DNA of 64,000 nucleotides from an uncultured Acidobacteriota bacterium (GTDB lineage Bacteria > Acidobacteriota > Terriglobia > Acidiferrales > UBA7541), in assembly GCA_963785605.1 (NCBI GenBank), contig CAWAWE010000001.1, forward strand, positions 347,367 through 411,366, in the 5' to 3' direction. Made by a program: the position numbers and the translations under genes. Under the pieces are notes generated by a model that was not told where the DNA came from, made no database searches, and worked only from the letters and a program-made list of their open reading frames with translations. Shown here piece by piece: positions 28,899 through 38,449 of this stretch. How positions within the stretch are numbered: the first letter of the stretch is position 1; the number at the start of each line of letters is the position of its first letter.

Positions 28899-31304
28899 CT
28901 AGTGCTTCGTCCCACTGTTCAGGATCGCCTCGAATCGCGGGTCACCGTGAAAAGATTTCCAGTCGTCATCGTTACGCACGGTCTCCACGTCGGTATAGCC
29001 ATGCTCGAACGCTTTCTTGAGGCGGTCGAGCGCTTCCGTCAGGTTTCCTTCAACCGCTGCCCCAGTCGCGAAGGCATACCACGCATTCGAAATCGAGTTG
29101 TTCTCTTTGGACTTTTCGGCCAGACGCAGAGCTTCGCTCAGCACCTGCTCAGCCTCTTTGTTTCTATGCTCGTGAGCTAACGCGATGCCGAGATCGTCGG
29201 TGTGATCGATCGTCGCCGGATGAGCTTCACCCAATGTCTTGCGGTTGAGCGCCACAACCTCGCGAAGGCTTTTTTCGGCGCCCGCGTAGTCGCCTTGGCC
29301 CATCAGGTTCTCCGCAAGAGCAGCACGGGTTGAAAGCGTCAGAAAATGTTCTTCGCCGAGCACCTTACGCTCGATCGGTAGCTCTTCTCTATACATGGCG
29401 TTGGATTCGTCGTAACGCTTTTCGTCTTTCAGCGTGGCGGCGAGATTCCCCATCGCCATCAATGTGTCGGGATGGTCGGGACCCAGCTTACGTTTCTGAA
29501 TTTCGTATGCGTCGCGCAGCAACTTCTCGGCGTCCGCTAATTTGTGCTCGCTATTCAGCGTGTTCGCCAGCAGTAGCATCGACTCGACCGTGTCGTCATG
29601 CTCGGGACCAAATATTCGCCGCCGCGTCTCAAGGAGTTCCCGTTGCAGGGGCTCGGCCTCCGCGTACCGCCCCTGCACCTGATACGCAGCGGAAAGATTT
29701 CCGATCGTTCCCAATGTGTCGCGATTTTCATTGCCGGAAACTTCGCGTCTCAGCTGCAAGAGTTCTCCAAAGATCTTTTCCGCTTCATCGTAGTGGCCCT
29801 GGTAATACGCATCGATGCCGATGGCGTTCAGGCTGACCAACGTATCCGGATCGCGAGGACCTAACACGCGACGCCGAATCTCAAGCGCGCGTTGATTGAG
29901 CGGCACCGCTTGAGCCACCAGGCCCAAATTTTCATACGTCTGCGCCATCGTGTACATGAGCCGAGCCTGAACCTCCGGGTCGTTCGCCAAACCAGTCTCG
30001 ATTTCCTTGGAGCCTTTATCCAGAATCTCTCGCGCCGTAACGCTGTTCCCTTTCGCTTCGCTCGGGTCGGGAACGCGAAACATGTTTTTCATAAAGTCGC
30101 TGACCCGCTTGGAAGAGGCCGCCTCGCGATTGGCGCGATCGCGTTCCCGTGCGATCCGGCGCGCCTGAACCGCGACGGTAGCTGCGAAAACGATCAGAAA
30201 TACCAACATGATTGAGCCGATCGCCATCCCAAACCGATGACGCAAGATAAATTTCCTGGCGCGATACGTCGCGCTAGGTGGTCCGGCGAGCACAGGCTCG
30301 TCGTTTAGGTAGCGTTGAATGTCGGCGGAAAACTCGCTCACCGAGCCGTAGCGGCGACTGCGCTCTTTTTCGAGCGCCTTCATCGTGATCCAGTCGAGTT
30401 CTCCGGTGAGGCGGCTTGCGAATGCTCGCGGCTCGATCTTGCGCTGCTCCGCCAAAGTCTTCGACAAATCGCCGAGCGACCGAATTCGCGTGCTCGGCCG
30501 CGGCGGATCGACGTCGCGAATCTTCTGCACGATCTCCTGCGGGCTCGAGCCGTGCAACGTTTCGTTTTCGAACGGCAGCACTCCGGTGAGCAACTCGTAG
30601 AAAATTACGCCGAGCGAATACACGTCGGTGCGGGTATCGACCGCGCCTTCGGTGAAGTTCATTTGCTCGGGACTCATGTATTCCGGCGTGCCCACGACGG
30701 CGCCGACTTGCGTGAACATCGTTTGCTCCGGCGTTCGCTCCGCCGTCGCGATCGCCTTGGCCAGACCGAAATCGATAATCTTCGCGACGGGTTTGTTGTC
30801 GCGCTCGTGCACCAAAATGTTCGAAGGCTTGAGGTCGCGATGAATAATCGCCTTCTGGTGCGCGTGCTGCACGCCATCGCAAACATCCATGAACAATTCG
30901 AGCCGCTGCTGCAACGTTAGCTCGTGCTTGTCGCAATAACGGTTGATCGAGATGCCCGGCACGAACTCCATCACGAAGTACGGCCGGCCTTCCGGCGTCG
31001 AACCGCCGTCGAAGACGCGCGCGATGTTCGGGTGATCCATCATCGCGAGCGATTGGCGTTCGGATTCGAACCGCGCGATGACGGTCTTCGTGTCCATGCC
31101 CGCTTTGATCAGCTTGAGCGCGACGGCGCGATGAATCGGTTCTTTCTGCTCGGCGAGCCACACTTCACCCATGCCGCCTTCGCCAAGCAAGCGCACCAAA
31201 CGATAAGGTCCGACGCTGCGTTCAACTTCACTGGACCAATCGATGTTTAGAGTTTTGTCGGCTTGCGTGCGTGGGTCTTCGCGGTCGTCTTTGCGAGCGT
31301 CCAT
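28899..31304 (-). CDS. Ser/Thr protein kinase with a TM segment and a C-terminal TPR array
   Basis: Starting at the ATG at 31304 gives 801 aa. Kinase motifs are GEGGMGEVWLAEQ, AVALKLIK, HRDLKPSNIL, DFGLAK and GTPEYMSPEQ. A TM helix (GMAIGSIMLVFLIVFAATVAV) and multiple TPR units (YYQGHYDEAEKIF.., YQVQGRYAEAEPL..) follow. The ORF extension to 31556 would overlap the tRNA. Confidence 0.9.
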   Translation of the reverse strand: MDARKDDREDPRTQADKTLNIDWSSEVERSVGPYRLVRLLGEGGMGEVWLAEQKEPIHRAVALKLIKAGMDTKTVIARFESERQSLAMMDHPNIARVFDGGSTPEGRPYFVMEFVPGISINRYCDKHELTLQQRLELFMDVCDGVQHAHQKAIIHRDLKPSNILVHERDNKPVAKIIDFGLAKAIATAERTPEQTMFTQVGAVVGTPEYMSPEQMNFTEGAVDTRTDVYSLGVIFYELLTGVLPFENETLHGSSPQEIVQKIRDVDPPRPSTRIRSLGDLSKTLAEQRKIEPRAFASRLTGELDWITMKALEKERSRRYGSVSEFSADIQRYLNDEPVLAGPPSATYRARKFILRHRFGMAIGSIMLVFLIVFAATVAVQARRIARERDRANREAASSKRVSDFMKNMFRVPDPSEAKGNSVTAREILDKGSKEIETGLANDPEVQARLMYTMAQTYENLGLVAQAVPLNQRALEIRRRVLGPRDPDTLVSLNAIGIDAYYQGHYDEAEKIFGELLQLRREVSGNENRDTLGTIGNLSAAYQVQGRYAEAEPLQRELLETRRRIFGPEHDDTVESMLLLANTLNSEHKLADAEKLLRDAYEIQKRKLGPDHPDTLMAMGNLAATLKDEKRYDESNAMYREELPIERKVLGEEHFLTLSTRAALAENLMGQGDYAGAEKSLREVVALNRKTLGEAHPATIDHTDDLGIALAHEHRNKEAEQVLSEALRLAEKSKENNSISNAWYAFATGAAVEGNLTEALDRLKKAFEHGYTDVETVRNDDDWKSFHGDPRFEAILNSGTKH

Positions 31305-31478
31305 CGTGGCCTTACTGCATCGCCTGTGAGAAGCCTTCGAGCGGCGACACGAACATAAGGAATGGCGAAAAGAAAAGCAAATGGCACTCCGCACAGAAAC
31401 GGATTGCACATTGATTGCGCGGCAAACCCGCCAAATCCACCATAAACGCCCGCGAAAATCTGCGATAATGGCGCCAGT

Positions 31479-31555
31479 GCGCCCGTAGCTCAGATGGATA
31501 GAGCATTTCATTCCTAACGAAAAGGTCGAGAGTTCGAATCTCTCCGGGCGCACCA
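31479..31555 (+). tRNA. tRNA-Arg (anticodon CCT)
   Basis: The 77-nt cloverleaf reads GCGCCCG-TA-GCTC-AGATGGATA-GAGC-A-TTTCA-TTCCTAA-CGAAA-AGGTC-GAGAG-TTCGAAT-CTCTC-CGGGCGC-A-CCA. CCA is encoded. Positions 31 and 39 form an A-C mismatch. Confidence 0.9.
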
Positions 31556-31563
31556 TAAATTAC

Positions 31564-31601
31564 AGCCCCACGCCAATCCATAGCGTGGGGCTATTTTTTT
31601 G
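31564..31601 (+). terminator. Rho-independent terminator after tRNA-Arg
   Basis: AGCCCCACGC-caatccata-GCGTGGGGCT is followed by ATTTTTTT. Confidence 0.75.
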
Positions 31602-31830
31602 CGCGGCAGCAGCGATCGCTTCGCCCAAACAATTATCTGCATCCAGGCCTGTCTCGAATTTCTACTAGAAAATCCCGGGTAACATATTCGACTCGTCAAG
31701 GTAGCCTTTTCGGTTCTCTTAGCGTCATATCTAGTGACATATTTGATTGGATCGTTGCCCGGTCACCGGCCACTCGGGTTCGCCCAATTCACCTGGATTG
31801 TTCTTCAGCCGGCTCAGATATCCTCAAGAG

Positions 31831-32272
31831 ATGAGGCGCATGGATACGCGGCGGATTACCGGAACTGTCAGCTCCCACGAAAAAATTTCAATCGCCAATC
31901 GCGTAGCGCATTGGACGATGCTTCTCGCCTGCGCGCTGTTCTTCGCCGGAGCCGCAACCGTAACTCCGTCGCGCGGCCAGCAATCGCCGAAATCTACGCC
32001 CGCTCCGGCAGCGACAGCACCAGCACCGGTGGCATCCGCGCCCGCAGCAAACGCTCCGGCGCAACTCGATCGCGACGCGATCCTCCATCACCTCAACGCC
32101 GTCATCACCTGGTATCGCGACATCACCTCAAAATTAAAACCAGTCGGCCTCCCCAGCGACGCCATCTATCAAGACAACACGCGCAGCCTCGCCGCCGAAG
32201 CCGTGCGCCTCGCCTTTCAGTCCGCGCGCGCGGAAGCCGCCATCATCTCTGCAATGAACAAGCCCGAACAAG
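31831..32272 (+). CDS. N-terminal part of the MscS-like channel gene (separated from the rest by a frame break)
   Basis: The frame of ORF 31747-32610 gives a signal/TM segment, ..VAHWTMLLACALFFAGAATVTPSRGQQ, then ..LDRDAILHHLNAVITWYRDITSKL..AFQSARAEAAIISAMNKPEQ. After about 32272 this frame becomes Arg-rich nonsense. The frame of 32477 is open from 32258 with sensible sequence. Start candidates are 31831, 31840 and 31918. Confidence 0.6.
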
Positions 32273-32476
32273 TCGGGCGCCGCCGCAAACGCACCCGATT
32301 CTTCGCAGCCGCAACCCAACAACGCCCAGCCCTCACAGCAGCAAAATCTGGCGCAGACCTCTGCGCGCATCGCCGCTCAAATCGACGACACACAAACAAA
32401 ACTCGACGCCGTCAACAAAGAACTCGCCTCGGCGCCGCGCTCAAAGCAAAAAGATCTCCTCGCTCAGCGCGATCGC

Positions 32477-33964
32477 TTGCAAGGTCTCCTTACGCTCAAC
32501 AAAGCCCTGCAAGACACGATTCAAAAAATGGCGTCGTTCGTCGGCGGCGCTACCGAAAACGCCGAAGGCCTCGAGGGCAGCATCGACCAGCTCGCACACT
32601 CCGTCCCTGAAGTCGTCGGCGACGAGAGCAGCAAAAAGTCAGGCACCGCCGCAGCCGCCGCCACTGCCGCAACCGCGACAACGAAGCCGGCCGCGAATAA
32701 CAATTCTTCCGGCCTGATCGGACAATCGCTCGCTCTCTTCGATCAAATGCAAGCGATGCATCAGATCGAGCAGATGGCCACCGAAACGCAGAAAATGCGC
32801 GCGACCGCCGACGAAATTCGTAAACCGCTCCGCGACATTCTCGTCGCCACCATCAGACAAGGACGCGACCTCGCGAACCAAGCTCAAGCTCCCGCCACGC
32901 CCAACGCCAGCGGCAACGCCGGCAGCAACAGTTCACAGTCCGCTCAATCCACCACGCAGGCATTCCAAGCCATCACCGCGCGCTTCAAAGAACTCGCCGC
33001 CGCCACCGTCCCTCTCAGCCAGGAAGTCGTCGTCCTCGACGAAAGCCGCACCAATCTTGAAGAGTGGCGTAAATCGATCCGCACCGAGTCCGCGTACGAG
33101 TTGCGCGGAGTCATCACGCGCGTCCTTGGCATCGCCCTCGCTCTCGCCGCCGTCTTCATTCTCTCCGAAGTCTGGCGCCGTCTCGTCTTCCGCTATGTTC
33201 ACGAAGCGCGCCGCCGCCGTCAGTTTTTGTTGATGCGCCGCTTCGTCACCGGCTTCCTCATCGGCGTGGTCTTTATTATGGGATTCGTCAGCGAGTTCAG
33301 CTCGCTCGCCACATTCGCTGGATTCGTCACCGCCGGTATCGCCGTCGGCCTCCAGGCGATCCTTCTTTCCATCGCCGCATATTTCTTCGTCATCGGACGC
33401 TACGGCATCCGCGTCGGAGATCGCATCAGCATCGCCGGCGTCACCGGCGATGTCATCGACATAGGCCTCGTTCGTTTTTATTTGATGGAACTCGCCGGAA
33501 CCGGCATCGAGCTTTACCCCACCGGCCGCGTCGTGATGTTTTCGAACTCTGTTTTGTTTCAGGCAGGCACGCCGCTCTTCAAGCAACTTCCCGGCACCGA
33601 GTACGCCTGGCACGAAGTCGCCGTTGCGCTCACGCCCGAAAGCAACTACAAGCTCGTGCAGGAAAAGCTCACCGCGATCGTCGATGCAATCTTCGAAAAG
33701 TATCGGAGCATCATCGAGAATCAACTGGGCAGCACCGAGCGACGCCTGGAAGTCTCGCTCCAAGCTCCCAAGCCCGAGTCGCGCCTGCAATTCACCGACG
33801 CCGCCGGCCTGGAATTCGTCGTCCGCTATCCCGTCGATATCCGCCGCGCCGCCGAAATCGACGACAACATCACCCGCTCGATCCTCGAGTCCCTCGCATC
33901 CACGCCCGATCTAAAAACATCCGTCACCGGCCCGCCAAAAATCCGCGCCGCCATCAAAGGCTAG
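32477..33964 (+). CDS. Mechanosensitive ion channel (MscS) family protein, main part
   Basis: The 495-aa ORF has a coiled-coil periplasmic region and then TM helices. The MscS core is FAGFVTAGIAVGLQAILLSIAAYFFVIGRYGIRVGDRISIAGVTGDVIDIGLVRFYLMEL..GRVVMFSNSVLFQ. Confidence 0.85.
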   Translation: MQGLLTLNKALQDTIQKMASFVGGATENAEGLEGSIDQLAHSVPEVVGDESSKKSGTAAAAATAATATTKPAANNNSSGLIGQSLALFDQMQAMHQIEQMATETQKMRATADEIRKPLRDILVATIRQGRDLANQAQAPATPNASGNAGSNSSQSAQSTTQAFQAITARFKELAAATVPLSQEVVVLDESRTNLEEWRKSIRTESAYELRGVITRVLGIALALAAVFILSEVWRRLVFRYVHEARRRRQFLLMRRFVTGFLIGVVFIMGFVSEFSSLATFAGFVTAGIAVGLQAILLSIAAYFFVIGRYGIRVGDRISIAGVTGDVIDIGLVRFYLMELAGTGIELYPTGRVVMFSNSVLFQAGTPLFKQLPGTEYAWHEVAVALTPESNYKLVQEKLTAIVDAIFEKYRSIIENQLGSTERRLEVSLQAPKPESRLQFTDAAGLEFVVRYPVDIRRAAEIDDNITRSILESLASTPDLKTSVTGPPKIRAAIKG

Positions 33965-34141
33965 GCTTCTTAAGGTCTGTCCTGTGAATGGGCGAAAAAA
34001 ATCGGGCATACAGTGTTTTCCTAAGTAACGCGAACACCCTATCCACCCATCTAACGAAGCAAATGAACGGAAGTGAATTCCGCGAATGGAGTTTGTGTTC
34101 TTATCGGCGTGGACGCGGAAAAAATTAAGGAGCCTCACTAC

Positions 34142-34525
34142 ATGAAACTTTCAAAACTGGCAGCCGCATTCGCAACGGTAGCGCTTTTCTTCGCCGGCGT
34201 CGCAATCAGCGCCGAAGCCAACAGAACAACCGTCCGCATCGAACAAAAGATCACGGTAGACGGCAAAACCCTCGACTCCGGCAAATACACCGCCCAGTGG
34301 ACCGGCGACGGTCCAAGCGTGCAGGTAACCCTTCTGCGCGGCAAAGACACCGTGGCCACGTTCGCAGCCCAAATCAAACAGGAAGCATCGCCAAACCCAG
34401 CAGACGCAATCGGCACGACGGACGGCCCCGACGGCTCGAAGCAACTCTCTTCGATCTATCCAAACGGCAAGCGAATCTCGATTCAGTTGAGCGGCAGCGG
34501 CTCCGCCGGATCGTCCGGTTCGTGA
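34142..34525 (+). CDS. Hypothetical secreted protein
   Basis: The ATG at 34142 lies 9 nt after AGGAG. The signal peptide is MKLSKLAAAFATVALFFAGVAISAEA. The body is beta-rich, with a C-terminal SGSGSAGSSGS tail. Confidence 0.6.
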   Translation: MKLSKLAAAFATVALFFAGVAISAEANRTTVRIEQKITVDGKTLDSGKYTAQWTGDGPSVQVTLLRGKDTVATFAAQIKQEASPNPADAIGTTDGPDGSKQLSSIYPNGKRISIQLSGSGSAGSSGS

Positions 34526-34633
34526 CTCTGACGTCAGCTTCAATCTAAAAGCCGCGACGCCGGAAGAGGCGATCGCGGCCAACGCCCATCGAGCCACTCA
34601 GGGCATCAGCCCCTCAACCCTTCAAACAGCTCT

Positions 34634-34662
34634 GTCCTCCTGAGCGAAGCGAAGGATCTCAG
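34634..34662 (-). repeat. REP-like family E copy (CTGAGATCCTTCGCTTCGCTCAGGAnGAC), reverse orientation
   Basis: The reverse complement, ctgagatccttcgcttcgctcaggaggac, matches 52586-52614. Confidence 0.7.
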
Positions 34663-34765
34663 GCAGCTACGTTCACCTCAATCCCACCGCCGCCCGCTTC
34701 TTTGTACAAGAGCAACGAAGAAGCGGGCGGCCGCATCTGCAATCGGGTAAACTAATCCATACGCG

Positions 34766-35188
34766 ATGCGCATTTTGCACAATCTCTGGACGTCCTTCAC
34801 CGCCCTCACCGCTGTCGTCGCGATGCTGCTCGTTCCCGCGTGCGGCTCTCTCTGCGCGGCGATGACTCACTGCTCGACCAGCGCGCCTTCCGCGAACTCA
34901 AATTCCGATAGTTGCCATCACACCAATATGTCCGCGCCGTCCGATTCTGAGACGCAGTCGATGTCGTCGGACGTTTCCTGCGGCCAACAAGCACCTCTGC
35001 TGGCGATCCTTGCAGGATCGGATTCATCCGTTCGAATCGAATCCATCGACACAGCGAACCCGCGGCCTTCGATCGACCTCCCGACTCATACAGTCGCGTG
35101 GAATAATCATCGCCACGATTTCTTGCCTTCGAAAGAATCGCCTCAATCCAGTATTCCGCTCGAAAATCTCTCCGTCCTTCGCATCTGA
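34766..35188 (+). CDS. Small Cys/His-containing membrane-anchored protein upstream of the multicopper oxidase (hypothetical)
   Basis: 140 aa. It begins MRILHNLWTSFTALTAVVAMLLVPACGSLCAAMTHCSTSAPSANSNSDSCHHTNM..VSCGQ, so it has one TM/signal segment followed by clustered Cys, His and Met residues. Confidence 0.5.
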   Translation: MRILHNLWTSFTALTAVVAMLLVPACGSLCAAMTHCSTSAPSANSNSDSCHHTNMSAPSDSETQSMSSDVSCGQQAPLLAILAGSDSSVRIESIDTANPRPSIDLPTHTVAWNNHRHDFLPSKESPQSSIPLENLSVLRI

Positions 35189-35309
35189 TTCCCTTTCCCG
35201 TCCGTAATACAGTTTCGTTGTAATAAGCGGCGCACTGCTGCGCGCAAATTCCACCGCATCTTTCTTCAACAAACCGAATCAATTCGTTCAGATATCGCCG
35301 GAGGTTTCG

Positions 35310-36650
35310 ATGAGCACTCGCAGAACTTTCTTCCAAAACGCCGCCGCATTCAGCGCCGCACTCTTCGGCCTGAGCGATCAGCTCAAAGCGCAGACGCCGC
35401 CACCGCTAAACGAACGTTTCCGTCACACTCACGCCGAAGACATTTCGCCCGGCCCGCGCGTCGTTACTCCGGACGTTCCCGATCTCCCGTTCGAACTCGA
35501 CGGCAACGTCAAAGTTTTTCGCCTCACGAGCGAAGTCGTAAAACGAAAGATCGCGCCCTTCAAAACGATCGACGCCTGGGGCTACAACGGCAGCTGTCCC
35601 GGTCCCACAATTCAGATCAATCAGGGCGACCGCGTCCGCGTCATTTTCGAAAATCGCCTGCCCGAATCCACCACCGTTCACTGGCACGGTCTCGAAATTC
35701 CCATCGAGCAGGACGGCGTCCCGTGGATCAGCCAAAAACCGATTCCGCCCGGCGAAAAATACACATACGAATTCACAGTCCATCAGGAAGGAACATTCTT
35801 CTATCACGCGCACAGCGCCATGCAGGAAATGCTGGGCCAGATCGGGCTTTTCATCGCTCACCCCGAAAAGGCCTATAAGCCGCGCGTCGATCACGACTAC
35901 GCCATCGTTCTGCAAGAGTGGGCCGTGCTTCCGAGCAATTCCGTTCCGAACAGCGCCGGCATGGAATTCAACTGGCTCACCTTCAACGGCGTTTCTGCTC
36001 CCGCGATCACGCCGATGATCGCGCGCCTCGGCAGTCGCGTTCGTTTGCGCATTGTGAATCTCGGAATGGATCACCATCCGATCCATCTGCACGGGAACCA
36101 GTTCGTGCAGACCGGCACCGAAGGCGGCCGTGCGCCCGAATCAAGCTGGTATCCGATGAACACCGTGCTCGTCGGCGTCGCCCAAGCGCGCGTCGTCGAG
36201 TTCGAAGCCAAATATCCCGGCTCGTGGATGGTTCACTGTCATCTTCCCCATCACATGATGAACAGCATGATGGATCTGCTCCGCGATCGTCAGATCACCA
36301 CCGCCGCGCAGACCGATCCGCAAGCGCTCAGCCAGATGATGACGCTCGCTCAAACCGTCGGCTTCGAGCACGTTCATCACTCGCCGATCGCAGACGACGC
36401 CGAAAAAGTAAACGGCTTCCCGCAAGACGCCTTCATGGAAATGGGCATGGACAGCGTCGTCGCCAAACCCGAAACGCACGGCCTGCCCGCAAACTGGTCC
36501 GCCGAAATGATGGGCATGATGACGCTAATCCGCGTCCTCCCCGACGACCAATTCAACGAAATCACCCGCCTCCAACAGCAACAAAAACAAAATCCGTCCG
36601 CACCAAAAAATCCCGCGTCGATCGAGGAGCATCATGACCACAACTCCTAA
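35310..36650 (+). CDS. Multicopper oxidase, Tat-exported
   Basis: 446 aa with the Tat leader MSTRRTFFQNAAAFSAALFG. All four copper-ligand motifs are present: TVHWHGLEI, FFYHAHSAM, HPIHLHGNQF and MVHCHLPHHMMNSM. The C-terminus is His-rich (EEHHDHNS). Confidence 0.9.
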   Translation: MSTRRTFFQNAAAFSAALFGLSDQLKAQTPPPLNERFRHTHAEDISPGPRVVTPDVPDLPFELDGNVKVFRLTSEVVKRKIAPFKTIDAWGYNGSCPGPTIQINQGDRVRVIFENRLPESTTVHWHGLEIPIEQDGVPWISQKPIPPGEKYTYEFTVHQEGTFFYHAHSAMQEMLGQIGLFIAHPEKAYKPRVDHDYAIVLQEWAVLPSNSVPNSAGMEFNWLTFNGVSAPAITPMIARLGSRVRLRIVNLGMDHHPIHLHGNQFVQTGTEGGRAPESSWYPMNTVLVGVAQARVVEFEAKYPGSWMVHCHLPHHMMNSMMDLLRDRQITTAAQTDPQALSQMMTLAQTVGFEHVHHSPIADDAEKVNGFPQDAFMEMGMDSVVAKPETHGLPANWSAEMMGMMTLIRVLPDDQFNEITRLQQQQKQNPSAPKNPASIEEHHDHNS

Positions 36651-38199
36651 TTCGTCTGCACGCTTCCGAATGTTTTGTAGGGACGGGGCTTGCTTCGCCC
36701 AGCGTCAACACGACCTCGGTCGCGCGATCGTCGCGACTCTCTTGCTTCTCTTCTCCTCGCCTCTGCGCGCGCAACAACCGCAAATGCAAATGCCCATGCC
36801 CCAACCCGAACATCATCATGACGCCCAATCCCACGATCACCACGAACACGGCGCCATGGAACTCATCGTCCCGCACTACCCCGAACTCGGCCGCGCCCAA
36901 CAAAATACAAAATCCCCGCTCGTCACTCTCGACCAAGTCCAATCCATCGCCCGTCAAAACAATCCCACTCTCCGCCAAGCCGAAGCGCAAATCCGCGCCG
37001 CCAAAGGTCGCCAGCAACAAGCCGGCCTTTATCCCAACCCCACGGTCGGCTACACCGGCGACGAAATTCGCGGCGGCTCCGTCGGCGGCGGCAAGGAAGG
37101 CTTCTTCGTCCAGCAAACCATCGTCACAGGAGGCAAGCTGCGCCTCAGCCGCGAAGTCTTGGGCAAGCAAGCGCAACTCGCCACCATCGAAGCCGACGAA
37201 CAACGCATCCGCGTCGAATCGGCGGTGCAAATGGCATTCATCCGCGTGCTCGCCGCACAAGAAATGCTCGACGCGCGCCGCGACCTCGCCAAGATTTCGC
37301 AGGATGATGCCGACACGCAGCGGCGTCTCTTCAACACGGGCCAAGCCGACGAAACCGAATTGCTCGACACCGAAGTGATCGCGGAACGCGCGCGCATGGC
37401 AGCGCGCATGCAAGAAAACACGCTCCGAGAAGAATGGCGCTCGCTCTCGAGCGTGATCGGCCAACCCGAATTGCCGATGTCCACTGTCAGCGGCGAACTC
37501 GCTTCCGGTTGGCCCGAACTCAACGAAGAAGCCGCCGTCGAAGCGATCACGAATCAAAGTCCCGCCGTAAAAATCGCCGAGACCGCTGCCGCTCACGCAC
37601 AGTCTCGCCTTGCGCGCTCTCTGAAAGAACCGGTCCCAGACATCACCGTGCGCGCTGGAATGGAATACAACAATGAATTGCTCGGCGGACTTCCCTTTGC
37701 AAAAGGATGGGAAGGCATAGCCGAAGTCAGCGTCCCGCTTCCGATCTGGAATCGGAATCAGGGAGACACCGCTGCCGCCCGCGCCGACATCGATCGCGCC
37801 GAACAGGAAAAGCGCCGCATTGCGCTAACTCTTCGCGATCGCGCCGCCAGCGCCGTCGATCAATACGCCAACGCCAAACTCATGGTCACTGAATATCGCG
37901 ACGCAATTCTTCCGCGAGCGAAAAAATCCTACGGCCTGATGACCGAAAAATACGGACTCATGCTCGCGTCGTATCCGCGCGTTCTCGAAAGCGAACGCAA
38001 ACTCTACGAATTGCAGATCGAATATATCGCCGCCCTCGAAGGCGTCTGGACCAACGGGATCGCGTTGCAAGGCTACCTACTCACCGACGGCCTCGAAGCC
38101 CCCGCCGCCCCCGGCGAAGTCGATCGCCCCATCCGCGAGACCAACGTCCCCGCTCCCGAACGCACCATGTCCCCCGGCGAAGCCATGCCTCGACCGTAA
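36634..38199 (+). CDS. TolC-family outer-membrane efflux protein with a His-rich N-terminal segment
   Basis: 521 aa. Its start overlaps the MCO stop by 17 nt. It contains QPEHHHDAQSHDHHEHG, then LTLDQVQSIARQNNPTLRQAEAQIRAAKGRQQQAGLYPNPTVGYTGDE, plus a second repeat half (..AAAHAQSRLARSLKEPVPDITVRAG..). The exact start is uncertain; an alternative ATG lies at 36670. Confidence 0.85.
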   Translation: MTTTPNSSARFRMFCRDGACFAQRQHDLGRAIVATLLLLFSSPLRAQQPQMQMPMPQPEHHHDAQSHDHHEHGAMELIVPHYPELGRAQQNTKSPLVTLDQVQSIARQNNPTLRQAEAQIRAAKGRQQQAGLYPNPTVGYTGDEIRGGSVGGGKEGFFVQQTIVTGGKLRLSREVLGKQAQLATIEADEQRIRVESAVQMAFIRVLAAQEMLDARRDLAKISQDDADTQRRLFNTGQADETELLDTEVIAERARMAARMQENTLREEWRSLSSVIGQPELPMSTVSGELASGWPELNEEAAVEAITNQSPAVKIAETAAAHAQSRLARSLKEPVPDITVRAGMEYNNELLGGLPFAKGWEGIAEVSVPLPIWNRNQGDTAAARADIDRAEQEKRRIALTLRDRAASAVDQYANAKLMVTEYRDAILPRAKKSYGLMTEKYGLMLASYPRVLESERKLYELQIEYIAALEGVWTNGIALQGYLLTDGLEAPAAPGEVDRPIRETNVPAPERTMSPGEAMPRP

Positions 38200-38449
38200 G
38201 TGGCTGGTCGCAAACTGCGGCGAGATTGAAACGACCTGTACTGATGGACAGGTTTGGGGCTCGTATCCCATGGGCCACATTAGTACCATCGTCAGGTTGC
38301 CGCACGGGAAGCGCTCTAGATACCGTTGTAACAGGGCGAAATGGGAGATCAGCGGCAGTTGTGTCCGGACACCGCTCCGATTAGTCCACGTGTAGGCAGT
38401 CGATGAAGGATTCCTTCACGCCAGATTTGTGCGGCGTGTATTCGTATTT

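Noticed and set aside
31479-31555. tRNA-Arg as the integration site of a genomic island.
   Set aside because: I found no integrase and no duplicated tRNA 3-prime end. The flanking genes (the kinase and MscS) have native composition. The low-GC island lies 14 kb away.
28899-31556. The full 885-aa version of the kinase ORF starting at 31556.
   Set aside because: The extension has a non-protein-like N-terminus and would run antisense through the tRNA-Arg gene. The kinase domain begins right after the ATG at 31304.
36668-36697. A REP family C-like word (tgtagggacggggcttgcttcgcccagcg) inside the predicted TolC N-terminus.
   Set aside because: It only loosely resembles the family C consensus. I could not decide whether it marks a later true start codon, so I mention it only as start-site uncertainty.
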